A stretch of 63,547 nt of DNA, the filler included, from an uncultured Acidimicrobiia bacterium (GTDB lineage Bacteria > Actinomycetota > Acidimicrobiia > Spongiisociales > JAOTWH01): the NCBI GenBank assembly GCA_964347285.1. It is 3 parts of 3 records of this genome, joined end to end, with 100 filler letters (N's around TTAATTAATTAA, not from the genome) between each part and the next. Parts side by side here need not be neighbours in the genome. Positions count along the whole stretch, not along the records: positions 1 to 24,337 come from CAYFYE010000032.1; positions 24,438 to 48,346 come from CAYFYE010000033.1; 1 more part is not named here. One strand, 5' to 3'. A program made the translations under genes and the position numbers. The notes under the pieces were generated by a model. That model was not told the origin of the DNA and searched no databases. It saw nothing but the letters and a program-made list of their open reading frames with translations. Shown here in pieces: positions 22,727 to 32,292 of this stretch (position 1 is its first letter; every line of letters starts with the position of its first letter).

Positions 22727-24073
22727 CGGCCGCCACGCCAGCCACAGAAGCGGGGTACTCATCAGCGCTCCGATGTAGATCGGGTAGGCGAAGCGAAACT
22801 CCTGGGCCGGGGTGGTCAACGCCACGTTGAGCAACTGGAACGCCAGCAGCGCCCCCGGCCACAGCAGCCTCCGCAGCGAGGGGCGCAGCGCCACGCCGAC
22901 GTAGGTGATGATCCCGAGCCACACCGCCAGGGCGGGGCGCCAGGTGAGCCACAGCGGCCCCTCGGCCCAGCGGAAGATTTCCTCGGTTAGCGAGAAGGCT
23001 CGGTCGGATATCGGATTGCGTCGGAACCCGGCTTCGTTGGCAGCGATATCGAAGGGGGGCCGCTGGAAGTAGGAGCCCTCCGGCTGGGGCGGCACCAGGA
23101 GGTAAGAGGCGGCGCACCAGCGATGACCGAGCACGGTGTCGGGATCGCGCAGGAGAGTGCGGATCACGATCGAGCGGAACGGGCCGGGGTCGGAGCGGAT
23201 GGCGGCATCGTCGAACTCGGGATGGAAGGCGAGTGGCGTCGAGTCGCGACAGTCGTAGGCGGTCACCCACAGAGAAATCGGGGCGATGTCGTCGAGATAG
23301 TCGAGCTCCTCGGCCGAGAAGTTCTCCGGCTCCCAGCGCAATGAGGCGGCCACGTCCGAGGTGAAGGTCTGGCTGGGCTCGATCGAGTCACGGGTGACCG
23401 GCAGCACCGAATAGAGGACGCCTTGGACGAAGATCACCGCCCCGGCCACCACTCCCGCTGTGATCGCCACCCTCCCGAGGCGGTGGCGATAGCCGGCGGT
23501 CAAGGCCGCCAGCAGGGGCACCACGGTGAGGAACCCGTTGTGGCGGAACAGCCACATGAGGGACAGAGCGAGGCCGAGGCGTACCGGGCCCGGCCATCCG
23601 TTCCAGAACGATTGGGGATCTTGGGCCAGGGCCAGCAGCTCGGCGAAGGCCCAAATCAGCGCCAGCCCGAACGGCACGTCCTTCCAGATCGCGATCGTGG
23701 TCGGGGCCACGGCCGGCAGCAAGGCCACCACGATGGCGGTCCCTCCCGCCAGCCACCACGGCACCCCGAGGGCGGCCAGCCGGGAGGCGACCACCGCCAG
23801 CAGGACGGCCAGGGCCAGCACCTGGAACAGCGAGATGCTGCCGGGGCTGTCCCAGAACGGGGTCAGAAGCCACAGATACAGGGTGTGGAAGGCGGGGTGG
23901 AAGTTGAAGAACTCGAAGCGTTCCGCCTGCCCCAGCTGGTCGATCGAGTCGCTGGAGAGAATGCCCGGATACCAACCCAGCCACCACACCAGGAGCGGAA
24001 GGGCCGAGATGAGGGCGAGCAGAAGGGCCCGAGATGGCGGGCTGTCCTTCGGCTGGAGCACTCGCGGGGACAC
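22682..24073 (-). CDS. Multi-pass membrane protein (DUF6020-like; possibly GT-C fold)
   Basis: YPGILSSDSIDQL..HPAFHT, WKD, FRHNG, about 11 transmembrane helices; sits in a glycan locus. Confidence 0.7.
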   Translation of the reverse strand: MSPRVLQPKDSPPSRALLLALISALPLLVWWLGWYPGILSSDSIDQLGQAERFEFFNFHPAFHTLYLWLLTPFWDSPGSISLFQVLALAVLLAVVASRLAALGVPWWLAGGTAIVVALLPAVAPTTIAIWKDVPFGLALIWAFAELLALAQDPQSFWNGWPGPVRLGLALSLMWLFRHNGFLTVVPLLAALTAGYRHRLGRVAITAGVVAGAVIFVQGVLYSVLPVTRDSIEPSQTFTSDVAASLRWEPENFSAEELDYLDDIAPISLWVTAYDCRDSTPLAFHPEFDDAAIRSDPGPFRSIVIRTLLRDPDTVLGHRWCAASYLLVPPQPEGSYFQRPPFDIAANEAGFRRNPISDRAFSLTEEIFRWAEGPLWLTWRPALAVWLGIITYVGVALRPSLRRLLWPGALLAFQLLNVALTTPAQEFRFAYPIYIGALMSTPLLWLAWRPSRATLVAPIVDDRA

Positions 24074-24093
24074 GGTCTCCGCAGCGTATCCGG

Positions 24094-24337
24094 CTAGCGA
24101 CCGGCGGTCGGGCCGATTCGGTCGCGCCGGCTGATGCCGAGGAGAGTGAGTACCTCGTCAGCGACGTTGGGCGCACAAGCGACCAGGCCGGGAAAGAGGG
24201 GTGAACGGCGGTTGAACCGGGGAGACTCGCCCTCGGTGGTGACGACCATGCCACCCCCGGCCAGGACGAGGGCCGTGCCGGCGGCAACGTCCCATTCGTG
24301 CTTGGGCACCAGAGTCCAGGTGGCGACATCGAGGCCG
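24094..24337 (-). CDS. 3' end of a CysQ/inositol monophosphatase family gene (truncated by contig end)
   Basis: KHEWDVAAG..LAGGG motif. Confidence 0.7.
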
Positions 24338-24437
24338 NNNNNNNNNNNNNNNNNNNNNNNNNNNNNNNNNNNNNNNNNNNNTTAATTAATTAANNNNNNN
24401 NNNNNNNNNNNNNNNNNNNNNNNNNNNNNNNNNNNNN
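24338..24437. other. Artificial contig-joining spacer
   Basis: 44 N, TTAATTAATTAA (stops in all six frames), 44 N. Confidence 0.98.
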
Positions 24438-24802
24438 TCGACACGTACCCGGGCGACAAGAACCTCATCTTCACCGCCCCCGAAGGCGGACCGCTCGACC
24501 TGCGAGTCTTCCGCCGCCGCTTCTGGTACCCGGCCGTACGGGCGTCGGTCGGCGAACCGATGCGGCCCCACGACCTCCGCCACACCCACGTCGCGCTCCT
24601 CATCGCCGCCGGCGAAGACCCTTACGTCATCTCCCAGCGACTTGGGCACGCCTCGATCCGCACCACCTACGACATCTACGGACATCTGTTCGAAGGCCGA
24701 GACCGACAGGCCGCCGACGCGCTCGAAGCCGCCCGGGCCCGATCTCTCGCGGACTCTCCGCGGACTCTGGGTCGATCCGAAGGGCCCTCACTGGGCCTCT
24801 GA
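24438..24802 (+). mobile_element. C-terminal part of a tyrosine recombinase/integrase (end of an integrative element)
   Basis: HDLRH, LGHAS and catalytic Tyr (TYDIYGH); ends about 40 nt from a tRNA 3' end. Confidence 0.9.
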
Positions 24803-24807
24803 AACGC

Positions 24808-24837
24808 CGGAATCCCCTGCAAAAACAGGGGATTCCG
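24808..24837. terminator. 12-bp inverted repeat between the integrase and the tRNA
   Basis: CGGAATCCCCTG-CAAAAA-CAGGGGATTCCG. Confidence 0.65.
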
Positions 24838-24842
24838 AGGTG

Positions 24843-24916
24843 TGGAGCTGAGGGGATTTGAACCCCTGACCCCTTGCATGCCATGCAAGTGCTCTGCCGG
24901 ACTGAGCTACAGCCCC
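24843..24916 (-). tRNA. tRNA-Ala(GGC), CCA not encoded
   Basis: GGGGCTGTAGCTCAG..CTTGC-ATGGCAT-GCAAG..GGTTCAAATCC..CAGCTCCA; G3-U70 pair. Confidence 0.96.
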
Positions 24917-24932
24917 AGGGCTCGGAATTGTA

Positions 24933-25298
24933 TCAGCCGGCCGGGACCGCCACCTCGAGCCGGTCGGCGTCGGCCCACAACCGTTCCAGGTCGTAGTAAG
25001 CCCTAGTGGAGGGGTCGAACAGATGGATTACGACATCGCCGTAGTCGAGCAAGACCCACTGACCGTCTTCGAGGCCTTCCCGGCGCAGCGGCCGGCGCCC
25101 CGCCTCCTTGAGCGCCTCGACGACTTCCTCGGCCAACGTGAGGACATGGCGGCGCGAGGTCCCGGAGCCGATGACGAAAATGTCGGTTATCACGAGGAGG
25201 GGGGACACATCGAGCAGGGCTACATCGAGCCCCTTCTTGCGGCTGATCGCGGTGGCCGCCGTCCCGGCGGCACCGATCGTCTCGGGATGAACGACTAT
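24933..25298 (-). CDS. rsfS: Ribosome silencing factor RsfS (probable non-canonical start)
   Basis: RKKGLDVALLDV..TDIFVIGSG, WVLLDYGDVVIHLF..RAYYDLERLW. Confidence 0.92.
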   Translation of the reverse strand: MVVHPETIGAAGTAATAISRKKGLDVALLDVSPLLVITDIFVIGSGTSRRHVLTLAEEVVEALKEAGRRPLRREGLEDGQWVLLDYGDVVIHLFDPSTRAYYDLERLWADADRLEVAVPAG

Positions 25299-25304
25299 GG
25301 CGCT

Positions 25305-26666
25305 CTAACCCTCCCCGGTGGGAATGTCCTGACCCACAATGATACTGATATCGACGACGCCCGACGCGGCCCTGATCTCGAGCTCGAGCTGGCCCACGTC
25401 GAGAAGGTCGGCGACCTCGGCGCCTACGGCGCGGTTGGCCCTGCCTTGGGCGATCACACGGGTCTGCGGGTAGTTGAACGAGTCGGCATTGTCGGTCTTG
25501 ACGACCAAGAAGCCCTTCTGCACCAGCGTCTCCGCCACGAGACGGGTGGTCTGGATGCGGCCGTTTCCGTTGAGGACCTCGATGCGAGGCCGCTCGCCCT
25601 CGCGTATGAGCAAGTGGGCCAGGCGGGCCGAAACGAACTCGACCGCATCGTCGCCGCGCACGGTGAAGCGCTCGGCGTCGCCGGCCGCAACCCGCGTCAG
25701 GGGGACGGCGCCGACCGTTCGTGACTCGGCCGTCGCCATGCTGGCGAGCAGGTCACCTGCCACAGCGGAAGGAACGGCCATTGCCGCCAGTCGGTCGACG
25801 GTTGCGGGCGACGCCACCAGGTGATCGAGGACCGCTTCCCAGACCGCTCCCTGCCGTTCTACCCACTCCAGTTCGTCCCCATCGCCTTTCGTGACCAATA
25901 CCGCTTCCGCCAGAGCCGCAGAGAGCGCCGACTGGCCCGCATCGGCCAGCACGACGCTGCCCTCCCCGTCGCTGACCACCAGCGCCGCAGGCAAGTCCAC
26001 GATTATCGAATCACCCAACGCCTCGGCGAGCCGGCCCGGGGAGAGCGTCAAGATCCCGTCGATGCGGATTCCCAGCAGATTCGAGATGGTCAGGGCGGTC
26101 AGCTCGGCATCTTCGAATCGAGACGTTTCTCCGAGCGGAAAATCTCCATAGCCGGGAATGGTCGTCAGTGTCCCTGGTGGAAACAGGATCACACTGTGCT
26201 CGTCGTCGGGTGACGAAGAGAACAGCGCCACCGAGGATGCCGCCCCTGAATCGTCCGTGGCCACCACGAGGAGCGACGATGATCCGGGCGCCGCCGTCGC
26301 CAACAGAGCGGGGGCGGGCTCGTCGGCGGCAATCGATTGAAGCCGGGAGCTCCAGTCGTCCCAGGCATCCCCGACCGCTCCGGCTGCGCCCGACACCCCA
26401 TCTCCGACTCCTTGGGCCGCCCAGGCCACTCCATCGCGCACCGCCCGGGCCGCCGAGGCGGCCCGCCCATGCGAGCCCAGCTGAATCAGGGCCAGCACCG
26501 TGGCGGCCACCAGGAGCACTATCGCCGCCCGCCAGAAGCGCAATGCCGGCGCCGAGAGCGGTGTCGGCTCCTCCCGACCATCTGGCGACGGGGAACCCGC
26601 CGCCCCCGGCTCCTCACTGGTTTCTGCGGAGGCCTCGCGAGAGTGAGTGTGCTCTTCAGGTGCCAT
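25305..26666 (-). CDS. LCP (LytR-CpsA-Psr)-like protein with LytR C-terminal domain
   Basis: N-terminal transmembrane helix, degenerate LCP core, IEVLNGNG..DISIIVGQD; nadD-LCP-rsfS order. Confidence 0.78.
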   Translation of the reverse strand: MAPEEHTHSREASAETSEEPGAAGSPSPDGREEPTPLSAPALRFWRAAIVLLVAATVLALIQLGSHGRAASAARAVRDGVAWAAQGVGDGVSGAAGAVGDAWDDWSSRLQSIAADEPAPALLATAAPGSSSLLVVATDDSGAASSVALFSSSPDDEHSVILFPPGTLTTIPGYGDFPLGETSRFEDAELTALTISNLLGIRIDGILTLSPGRLAEALGDSIIVDLPAALVVSDGEGSVVLADAGQSALSAALAEAVLVTKGDGDELEWVERQGAVWEAVLDHLVASPATVDRLAAMAVPSAVAGDLLASMATAESRTVGAVPLTRVAAGDAERFTVRGDDAVEFVSARLAHLLIREGERPRIEVLNGNGRIQTTRLVAETLVQKGFLVVKTDNADSFNYPQTRVIAQGRANRAVGAEVADLLDVGQLELEIRAASGVVDISIIVGQDIPTGEG

Positions 26667-27222
26667 AGAGGTCGTGCTCGACGAAGTAGGCCCATACCGG
26701 GTCGGGGACCAGAAAGCGCACCCCCAGGCCGGCTGCGGTCCGCTCTCGGATCAACGACCCGCTCACATCCAACATGGGGAGATCGAGCCAAATCACATCG
26801 CCGACGGCATCCACCGCGCCTCGCTCCACACCGGGACGGGGCATGACGGCAATCCGGGCTCGGGCCAGCACCTCTTCGAATCGGTGCCATGTGGGAAGGC
26901 CGCGGGCGGCATCCGCCCCCAAGATCAGCGTGATCTTGTCGTCATCGGGAAAGGCGGCAACGGTATCGATGGTGTAGGTCCAGCCGGCCCGGTGGACTTC
27001 CCGGTCGTCGGGCTCGAAGTAATCGGCGTCGGCTACCGCGAGTTTGGTCATAGCCCACCGGTGCTCCGCGGCCGAGACGCGCCGATCGGCTTTCTGCCAC
27101 GGCGCTCCGGCGGGCATGAAGGTCACCACGTCCAAATGGAGCTGCCGGTAAGCGCCTTCGCCGGCCACGAGATGGGCGAGATGGGGTGGGTCGAAGGTTC
27201 CGCCCAGGATGCCGCGCTGCAT
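26656..27222 (-). CDS. nadD: Nicotinate-nucleotide adenylyltransferase
   Basis: GILGGTFDPPHLAH, YTIDT, ILGAD. Confidence 0.94.
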   Translation of the reverse strand: MQRGILGGTFDPPHLAHLVAGEGAYRQLHLDVVTFMPAGAPWQKADRRVSAAEHRWAMTKLAVADADYFEPDDREVHRAGWTYTIDTVAAFPDDDKITLILGADAARGLPTWHRFEEVLARARIAVMPRPGVERGAVDAVGDVIWLDLPMLDVSGSLIRERTAAGLGVRFLVPDPVWAYFVEHDLYGT

Positions 27223-27727
27223 CGCCGAAAGGATAGGCAGGGCCGGCTCCTCCCCACCAAGCCGGGAGAAGCCACAGGGCCGGAGCCGGAGGCCGGGCCC
27301 GGCAATCGAGAAAGGGCGCCGGATCGAGGTACCGGTCGGCCAGGCGGACGGAGAAGTGAAGCGCCGCCGAGCCGTGGTCGAGGCTGGTGGCGCCCAGGAC
27401 TCGGCCGGCCTTCACCTGCTCATCGGGCGCAACGGAGATGCCCGCCAGATAGGAGTACGAGGTCCGCAAGCCACCCCCGTGGTGAACGGTCACCGACTTC
27501 ATGCCGGCCACCGAGCCGGCGAAGGTGACCACACCCGCCCCGGCCGCCCGAACCGGGGTGCCCTCCTTCGCACCGAAGTCCACTCCCCAATGCCCGGAAT
27601 AGGCCCCGGTGGGAGCAAAGAGGCGCACGATGGAACCGGCGACGGGCCGGTGCAGGCCGCCGCACCCCTCCACCGCGTATGAGCTCCCGACCACCAAGAG
27701 GAGCGGCACCACGAGCAGGGCCGCCAT
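26942..27727 (-). CDS. Secreted M23-family peptidase (3' end overlaps nadD)
   Basis: Signal peptide, HWGVD, GVVTFAG, LHFSVR..YLDP. Confidence 0.75.
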   Translation of the reverse strand: MAALLVVPLLLVVGSSYAVEGCGGLHRPVAGSIVRLFAPTGAYSGHWGVDFGAKEGTPVRAAGAGVVTFAGSVAGMKSVTVHHGGGLRTSYSYLAGISVAPDEQVKAGRVLGATSLDHGSAALHFSVRLADRYLDPAPFLDCRARPPAPALWLLPAWWGGAGPAYPFGDAARHPGRNLRPTPSRPSRGRRRRLPAAPFGRGDLHARRSAVAESRSARLGRGAPVGYDQTRGSRRRLLRARRPGSPPGRLDLHHRYRCRLSR

Positions 27728-27798
27728 GTGGGACTCCGCAGACGCTACCCGGCGAACTTAACGAAGGGGTGTGACGAACGGAAGACCCCGCGAGCGCG

Positions 27799-28197
27799 TC
27801 AGGCGCTTTCGAAGGTCGCCGGCTCGGGGCTCACCAGCCTGGTGACGATTCGCCGCAGGTCGTTGGGACGGAAAGGTTTGGTGAGAAAGGCGTCGGCACC
27901 GCCCCGATCGGCCCGCTCCCTGGTCTCCTCCTGGGCATGGGCGGTGAGCACCAGCACTTTGAGGTGCCGGGTAGACAGCTCTGAGCGAAGCCTGGAGAGC
28001 ACCTCCCAGCCGTCCATCTTCGGCAGGCCGACATCGAGGATGAGGAGGTCGGGCGGATCGCTGAGCGCCGCCTCCAGTCCGCTCGGGCCGTCTTCACAGG
28101 TCGAGACCTCGAAGCCGGCAGGTCGGAGACACACCTCGATGAGGCGCTGGATCACTTGTGAGTCTTCGACCACCAGGACTCGCTGGCTCACAACCAC
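27799..28197 (-). CDS. Single-domain response regulator (receiver only)
   Basis: VLVVEDS, LILDVGLPKMDG, LTA, KPF. Confidence 0.9.
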   Translation of the reverse strand: MVVSQRVLVVEDSQVIQRLIEVCLRPAGFEVSTCEDGPSGLEAALSDPPDLLILDVGLPKMDGWEVLSRLRSELSTRHLKVLVLTAHAQEETRERADRGGADAFLTKPFRPNDLRRIVTRLVSPEPATFESA

Positions 28198-28325
28198 TCC
28201 TTATCGCTGCGGCAGGGCGAACAGCCTCTTCTCCGATATCGGTCCCATCCACGAGCTCCTTGACCCATTCGTCGGCTCGGGGCCGTTGCGACGGGCTCCA
28301 CCACTTCCCGAACCGAAAAGCCGGA

Positions 28326-29759
28326 CTAAGCCCAGGGACGCACCCGGCGGGCGGCCGGCAGCGTGACCCGTTCCACGAAATCGGCCAGTTGCCGCAGGTT
28401 GCGGACCTCGTACACCCCGTCGCACAACGGGGCGTAAGCGGCCATCACCGAGTCACCGGTATCCCAATACCGGACCGCCTCCGGGTTGAGCCAGAACACG
28501 GCCCGGGCTGCTCGAGCGATGTCTGCCAGGGCGCCGGGATCGGGATCGTGGTAGTTGTTGCGAGCGTCACCGGTGATGATCACCGTCGAACGCGGCGTCA
28601 AGTCATCGGCGTACCGATCGACGAACAGCCGCAAGGCATTGCCGTAGTCGGAGTGTCCATCGAGCCACACCACTTCTGCTTCCGTACTCAGCCGGGCCAG
28701 CGCTCCCGCGAAGTCGATGCCGGGGCCAAAGTATTCGGTGACCTCGTCGAGGGCGTCGATGAAGGCGAAGGCCCGTATTCGGGTGAACTCGTGGGCCATG
28801 GCGTACACCAGCTGCATCGTGAAGCGGGCGAAGGTCGCCACCGAGCCGCTGATGTCGCACAGCAGAAAGATCTCCGGTCGGGTCGGACCCTTGGAGCGAA
28901 ACCTGGGCTCGACGGGGACCCCGCCGCTCCCCAGCGAGCGACGAATGGTGGAGCGCATATCGAGCCTGCCGCGCCGTCCCCGCTTGCGCCTCTGGGCGAG
29001 GCGGGCGGCGAGCTTTCGGGTCAGAGGATGCACGATCCGCTCGATCTCGGCCAGCTCCTCGCGGCCGGCATGCAGCAAATCGACGTCCTCCACCACGGGC
29101 CGGCGCAGGGTCCGGGCCACCGCCTGGACTCCCCGATCTGCCACCAGGCGCCGCCTGATCTCGGTTCGCAGCTGACGCCGGAACTCCTCTACTCGTAGCT
29201 CGACCTCCTCTCGTGCGAGGCGTCGCTCGAGCGGGGTGAGGTCGGCCTGAGCCTCGAGGGCCGCGAGCACCCGCTCAGCCAGTCCATCCACATCCAGATG
29301 CCGCAACGTCCGGTACAGGTAGTAGGTACCCCCCACCGGCCGGCCGGGCTCCATCCCCGCCAGTCGATCCACGGCCGCCAGCACGACCGCCCGGAGCAGG
29401 CTCAAGTTCTCGTCGCGTATGGCGGTGAACAGCGCCAAGGCCAGCGCCTCGGCGTCGGGGTCACCGTCGCCCCCTCCTCCCCGGGCGGGCTCCCCTCCCG
29501 GCGACCATCCCGAGGGGATCGCGGCCGGAACACCGACAGGCGCCCTGAGGCCGAAGAACACCTCGAACAGGGTCTCGAAGGTCTCGTAATGGCGGGCGTT
29601 CTTCACGAGCGTCGCACCCAGCGCCGACCGGACTGCTTCCCGATCGGACCAGTCGACGACCTTCAGAGCTCCGGCGGCGTCGATCGCCTCGACCGTCGAG
29701 ACGGGTACGCCGGCCGCCCGCAGCTCGTCGATGAACCCGGTGAGAACGCCGAGCATCAA
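28326..29759 (-). CDS. CoxE-like VWA domain protein
   Basis: LCDISGSV (MIDAS), TGDARNN, WLNPE. Confidence 0.88.
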   Translation of the reverse strand: MMLGVLTGFIDELRAAGVPVSTVEAIDAAGALKVVDWSDREAVRSALGATLVKNARHYETFETLFEVFFGLRAPVGVPAAIPSGWSPGGEPARGGGGDGDPDAEALALALFTAIRDENLSLLRAVVLAAVDRLAGMEPGRPVGGTYYLYRTLRHLDVDGLAERVLAALEAQADLTPLERRLAREEVELRVEEFRRQLRTEIRRRLVADRGVQAVARTLRRPVVEDVDLLHAGREELAEIERIVHPLTRKLAARLAQRRKRGRRGRLDMRSTIRRSLGSGGVPVEPRFRSKGPTRPEIFLLCDISGSVATFARFTMQLVYAMAHEFTRIRAFAFIDALDEVTEYFGPGIDFAGALARLSTEAEVVWLDGHSDYGNALRLFVDRYADDLTPRSTVIITGDARNNYHDPDPGALADIARAARAVFWLNPEAVRYWDTGDSVMAAYAPLCDGVYEVRNLRQLADFVERVTLPAARRVRPWA

Positions 29760-30652
29760 TCCTGGGCCGGCTCGAGATCCTTGGCGACTGCCTCGACATC
29801 AGACTGATACTTGAGCAGGGCCGGCAACGTATTTCTGATGGTCGCTAGGTCGACCTCGGCGATCCCCATGGCCAGGAGGGTCCTGGCCCAATCGATGGAC
29901 TCGCTTATCGAGGGCGGCTTGCGCAGAGGCAGGCTGCGAACGCTTCGCACCAAGCGAGCCGCCTGATCGGCGAGCGCCTCGTCGAGACCGGGAACTTTGG
30001 CCAGAAGGATGGCCCGCTCCCGCTCGACGGCCGGATAGGAGATGTGCAGAAAGAGGCATCGCCTCTTGAGCGCTTCGCTCAGCTCGCGGGTGTTGTTGGA
30101 CGTCAGCACGACGAAGGGAATGCTGGATGCGGTCACCGTCCCCAGCTCGGGGATGGACACCTGGAAGTCGGAGAGCACTTCGAGAAGGAGGGCTTCGGTT
30201 TCCACTTCGACGCGATCCACCTCGTCGATGAGTAGAACCACCGGATCGACGGCGCGAATGGCCTCCAGAAGCGGCCGCTCGAGGAGGAACCGCTCGTCGA
30301 AGATATCTCCCTCGAGATCTTCCCATTCCCGACCCTGATCGGCTTGAAGGCGCAGGAGTTGCTTGCGGTAGTTCCACTCGTAGAGGGCTTTGGCCTCGTC
30401 GATGCCCTCGTAGCACTGCAGACGGACCAGCCGGCGCCGATGTATCTGGGCGAGCGCCTTGCCCAGCTCGGTCTTTCCCACGCCGGCCGGGCCTTCCACC
30501 AGAATCGGCTTGCCCAGGCGCTGGGCCAGGAACACCACCCGGGCGATATGGTCGTCGGCGAGATAGCCCGTGGACGCCAGGGCTTCGCCGACTGCGACGG
30601 GACTGTCGAAGGGATCCATCGGCCGGGCCGGCGTCCCGGCCTGGTCGGTCAT
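29756..30652 (-). CDS. MoxR/CoxD-family AAA+ ATPase
   Basis: EGPAGVGKT, RLQCYEGID, LLIDEVD, SEALKRRC. Confidence 0.92.
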   Translation of the reverse strand: MTDQAGTPARPMDPFDSPVAVGEALASTGYLADDHIARVVFLAQRLGKPILVEGPAGVGKTELGKALAQIHRRRLVRLQCYEGIDEAKALYEWNYRKQLLRLQADQGREWEDLEGDIFDERFLLERPLLEAIRAVDPVVLLIDEVDRVEVETEALLLEVLSDFQVSIPELGTVTASSIPFVVLTSNNTRELSEALKRRCLFLHISYPAVERERAILLAKVPGLDEALADQAARLVRSVRSLPLRKPPSISESIDWARTLLAMGIAEVDLATIRNTLPALLKYQSDVEAVAKDLEPAQD

Positions 30653-30737
30653 CTGCCGAGTGTACCGGGAGAGCCGAGCGACCCGGGCCGGCAGGAATCA
30701 GGCCGGGATCCGGCGATCCACCGGTACGACGCTGCCC

Positions 30738-32021
30738 TCAGCTTTGGGCCGACGACGTGTCCTCATCGGTCTCTTCGGGCTCAAAGGAAAAGACCAGTCC
30801 GCCTATACGGACGTCGTCGCCGGCCTGAGCCCCGGCCCGGAGCAGGGCCTTGTCCACCCCCAAGCCGGCCAGCCGCCGAGCCACCAGATCGGCGGCTTCC
30901 GGCAGGGTCAGGTCGTCGAGGGCCACCGCTCGTTCGGCTTCCCGTCCTTCGACGACCCACGTTGACTCCTCCCTCCGCACTTCGAAGCGAGGCGGAGCCG
31001 GCCGATGCAGCACGAACCCAGAGCGCTCCGGTGCGAAGCGACGGGCCTGCTCGACGGCATCGGCGATGGCGTGCAGCAGGCGGGGGATACCCCGGCCGGT
31101 GGCCGCCGAAACCAGGTGCACATCCACGCTGCGCTCTTGCATATCCGCAGCCGCCCCCGTCGCCTCCGGCAAGTCGGCTTTATTGACCGCCACGATCCTG
31201 GGCCGGGCGGCAAGCTCCTCCGAGTAGGCCGCCAGCTCTTGCTCCAGCACCGCCAGCTGACGGTGTGCCGCCGCCTGCTGCAGCGGGGAGGGATCGAGCA
31301 GCATCACCAAGGCGCGGGCTCGCTCGGTGTGACGCAAGAACTCATGGCCGAGACCCTTGCCCTGGGCCGCTCCTTCGATCAGTCCCGGTATGTCGGCCAG
31401 TACGAACTGGCGGTCGTCGATCTCGACGACGCCCAGGTGAGGCTCGAGGGTCGTGAACGGATAATCGGCAATCTTGGGCCGGGCCGCCGAAACCCGAGCG
31501 ATGAGAGTGCTCTTGCCGGCGTTGGGATATCCGACGATGGCGGCGTCGGCCAGCAGCTTCAGCTCCAAAGCCAGCGTCCGCTCTTCGCCGTACTCTCCCT
31601 GCTCGGCGAAGGTGGGCGCCCGGTGGGCTCGACCTACGAAGGCAGCGTTGCCCCGGCCGCCCCGCCCTCCTCGGGCCACCATCACCTTCTGGCCCGGAAT
31701 CACGAGGTCGGCGAGAATCGTGCCGTCCGGGTCGCGCACCACGGTTCCCGGGGGAACCGGCAGCACCAAGTCCTCTCCCTCGCCTCCGTGCCGCAGGTCG
31801 CCTTGGCCGTGGCGGCCCGAAGAGGCGTGATGATGCGGGTGGCGCTGATAGGTCAACAGCGTGGATGCCGACTCGTCGGCCCGGAGATGGACGTCGCCCC
31901 CGGCTCCTCCCGAACCCCCTTCGGGACGACCACGGGGCCGGCCCTTGACTCGCCGAAAGGAGACCACTCCGGCCCCGCCGTCGCCGGCCCGCACGGTGAT
32001 GAGAACGCGGTCGACGAACAC
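30738..32021 (-). CDS. obgE: GTPase ObgE/CgtA
   Basis: MFVD..GDGG, GYPNAGKST, DYPFTTL, DIPGLIEGA, NKAD, C-terminal OCT domain. Confidence 0.96.
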   Translation of the reverse strand: MFVDRVLITVRAGDGGAGVVSFRRVKGRPRGRPEGGSGGAGGDVHLRADESASTLLTYQRHPHHHASSGRHGQGDLRHGGEGEDLVLPVPPGTVVRDPDGTILADLVIPGQKVMVARGGRGGRGNAAFVGRAHRAPTFAEQGEYGEERTLALELKLLADAAIVGYPNAGKSTLIARVSAARPKIADYPFTTLEPHLGVVEIDDRQFVLADIPGLIEGAAQGKGLGHEFLRHTERARALVMLLDPSPLQQAAAHRQLAVLEQELAAYSEELAARPRIVAVNKADLPEATGAAADMQERSVDVHLVSAATGRGIPRLLHAIADAVEQARRFAPERSGFVLHRPAPPRFEVRREESTWVVEGREAERAVALDDLTLPEAADLVARRLAGLGVDKALLRAGAQAGDDVRIGGLVFSFEPEETDEDTSSAQS

Positions 32022-32040
32022 GGCGCCACCGCGGATTCGG

Positions 32041-32292
32041 TCAGGCGGGCTCGACGCTCACCAGCCGGCGGCCGCGACGGGCTCCATAGCGGACCACGCC
32101 GTCGCTCGTGGCGTAGAGCGTGTCGTCTGATCCGCGGCCGACGTTTCCGCCGGGGTGAATCTGCGTGCCCCGCTGGCGCACCAGAATGGCGCCGGACCGC
32201 ACGATCTGGCCCTCGAAAACCTTGGGGCCGAGCCGCTTGGAGGCCGAGTCTCGGCCGTTACGGGTAGATCCTCCCGCTTTCGTCTTCGACAT
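32041..32292 (-). CDS. rpmA: 50S ribosomal protein L27
   Basis: [18 protein letters not shown]. Confidence 0.97.
   Translation of the reverse strand: MSKTKAGGSTRNGRDSASKRLGPKVFEGQIVRSGAILVRQRGTQIHPGGNVGRGSDDTLYATSDGVVRYGARRGRRLVSVEPA

Noticed and set aside
24382..24393. TTAATTAATTAA palindrome (also at 48391-48402)
   Set aside because: Identical, N-flanked, six-frame-stop linker; an assembly artefact. No gene-neighbourhood inference was made across it.
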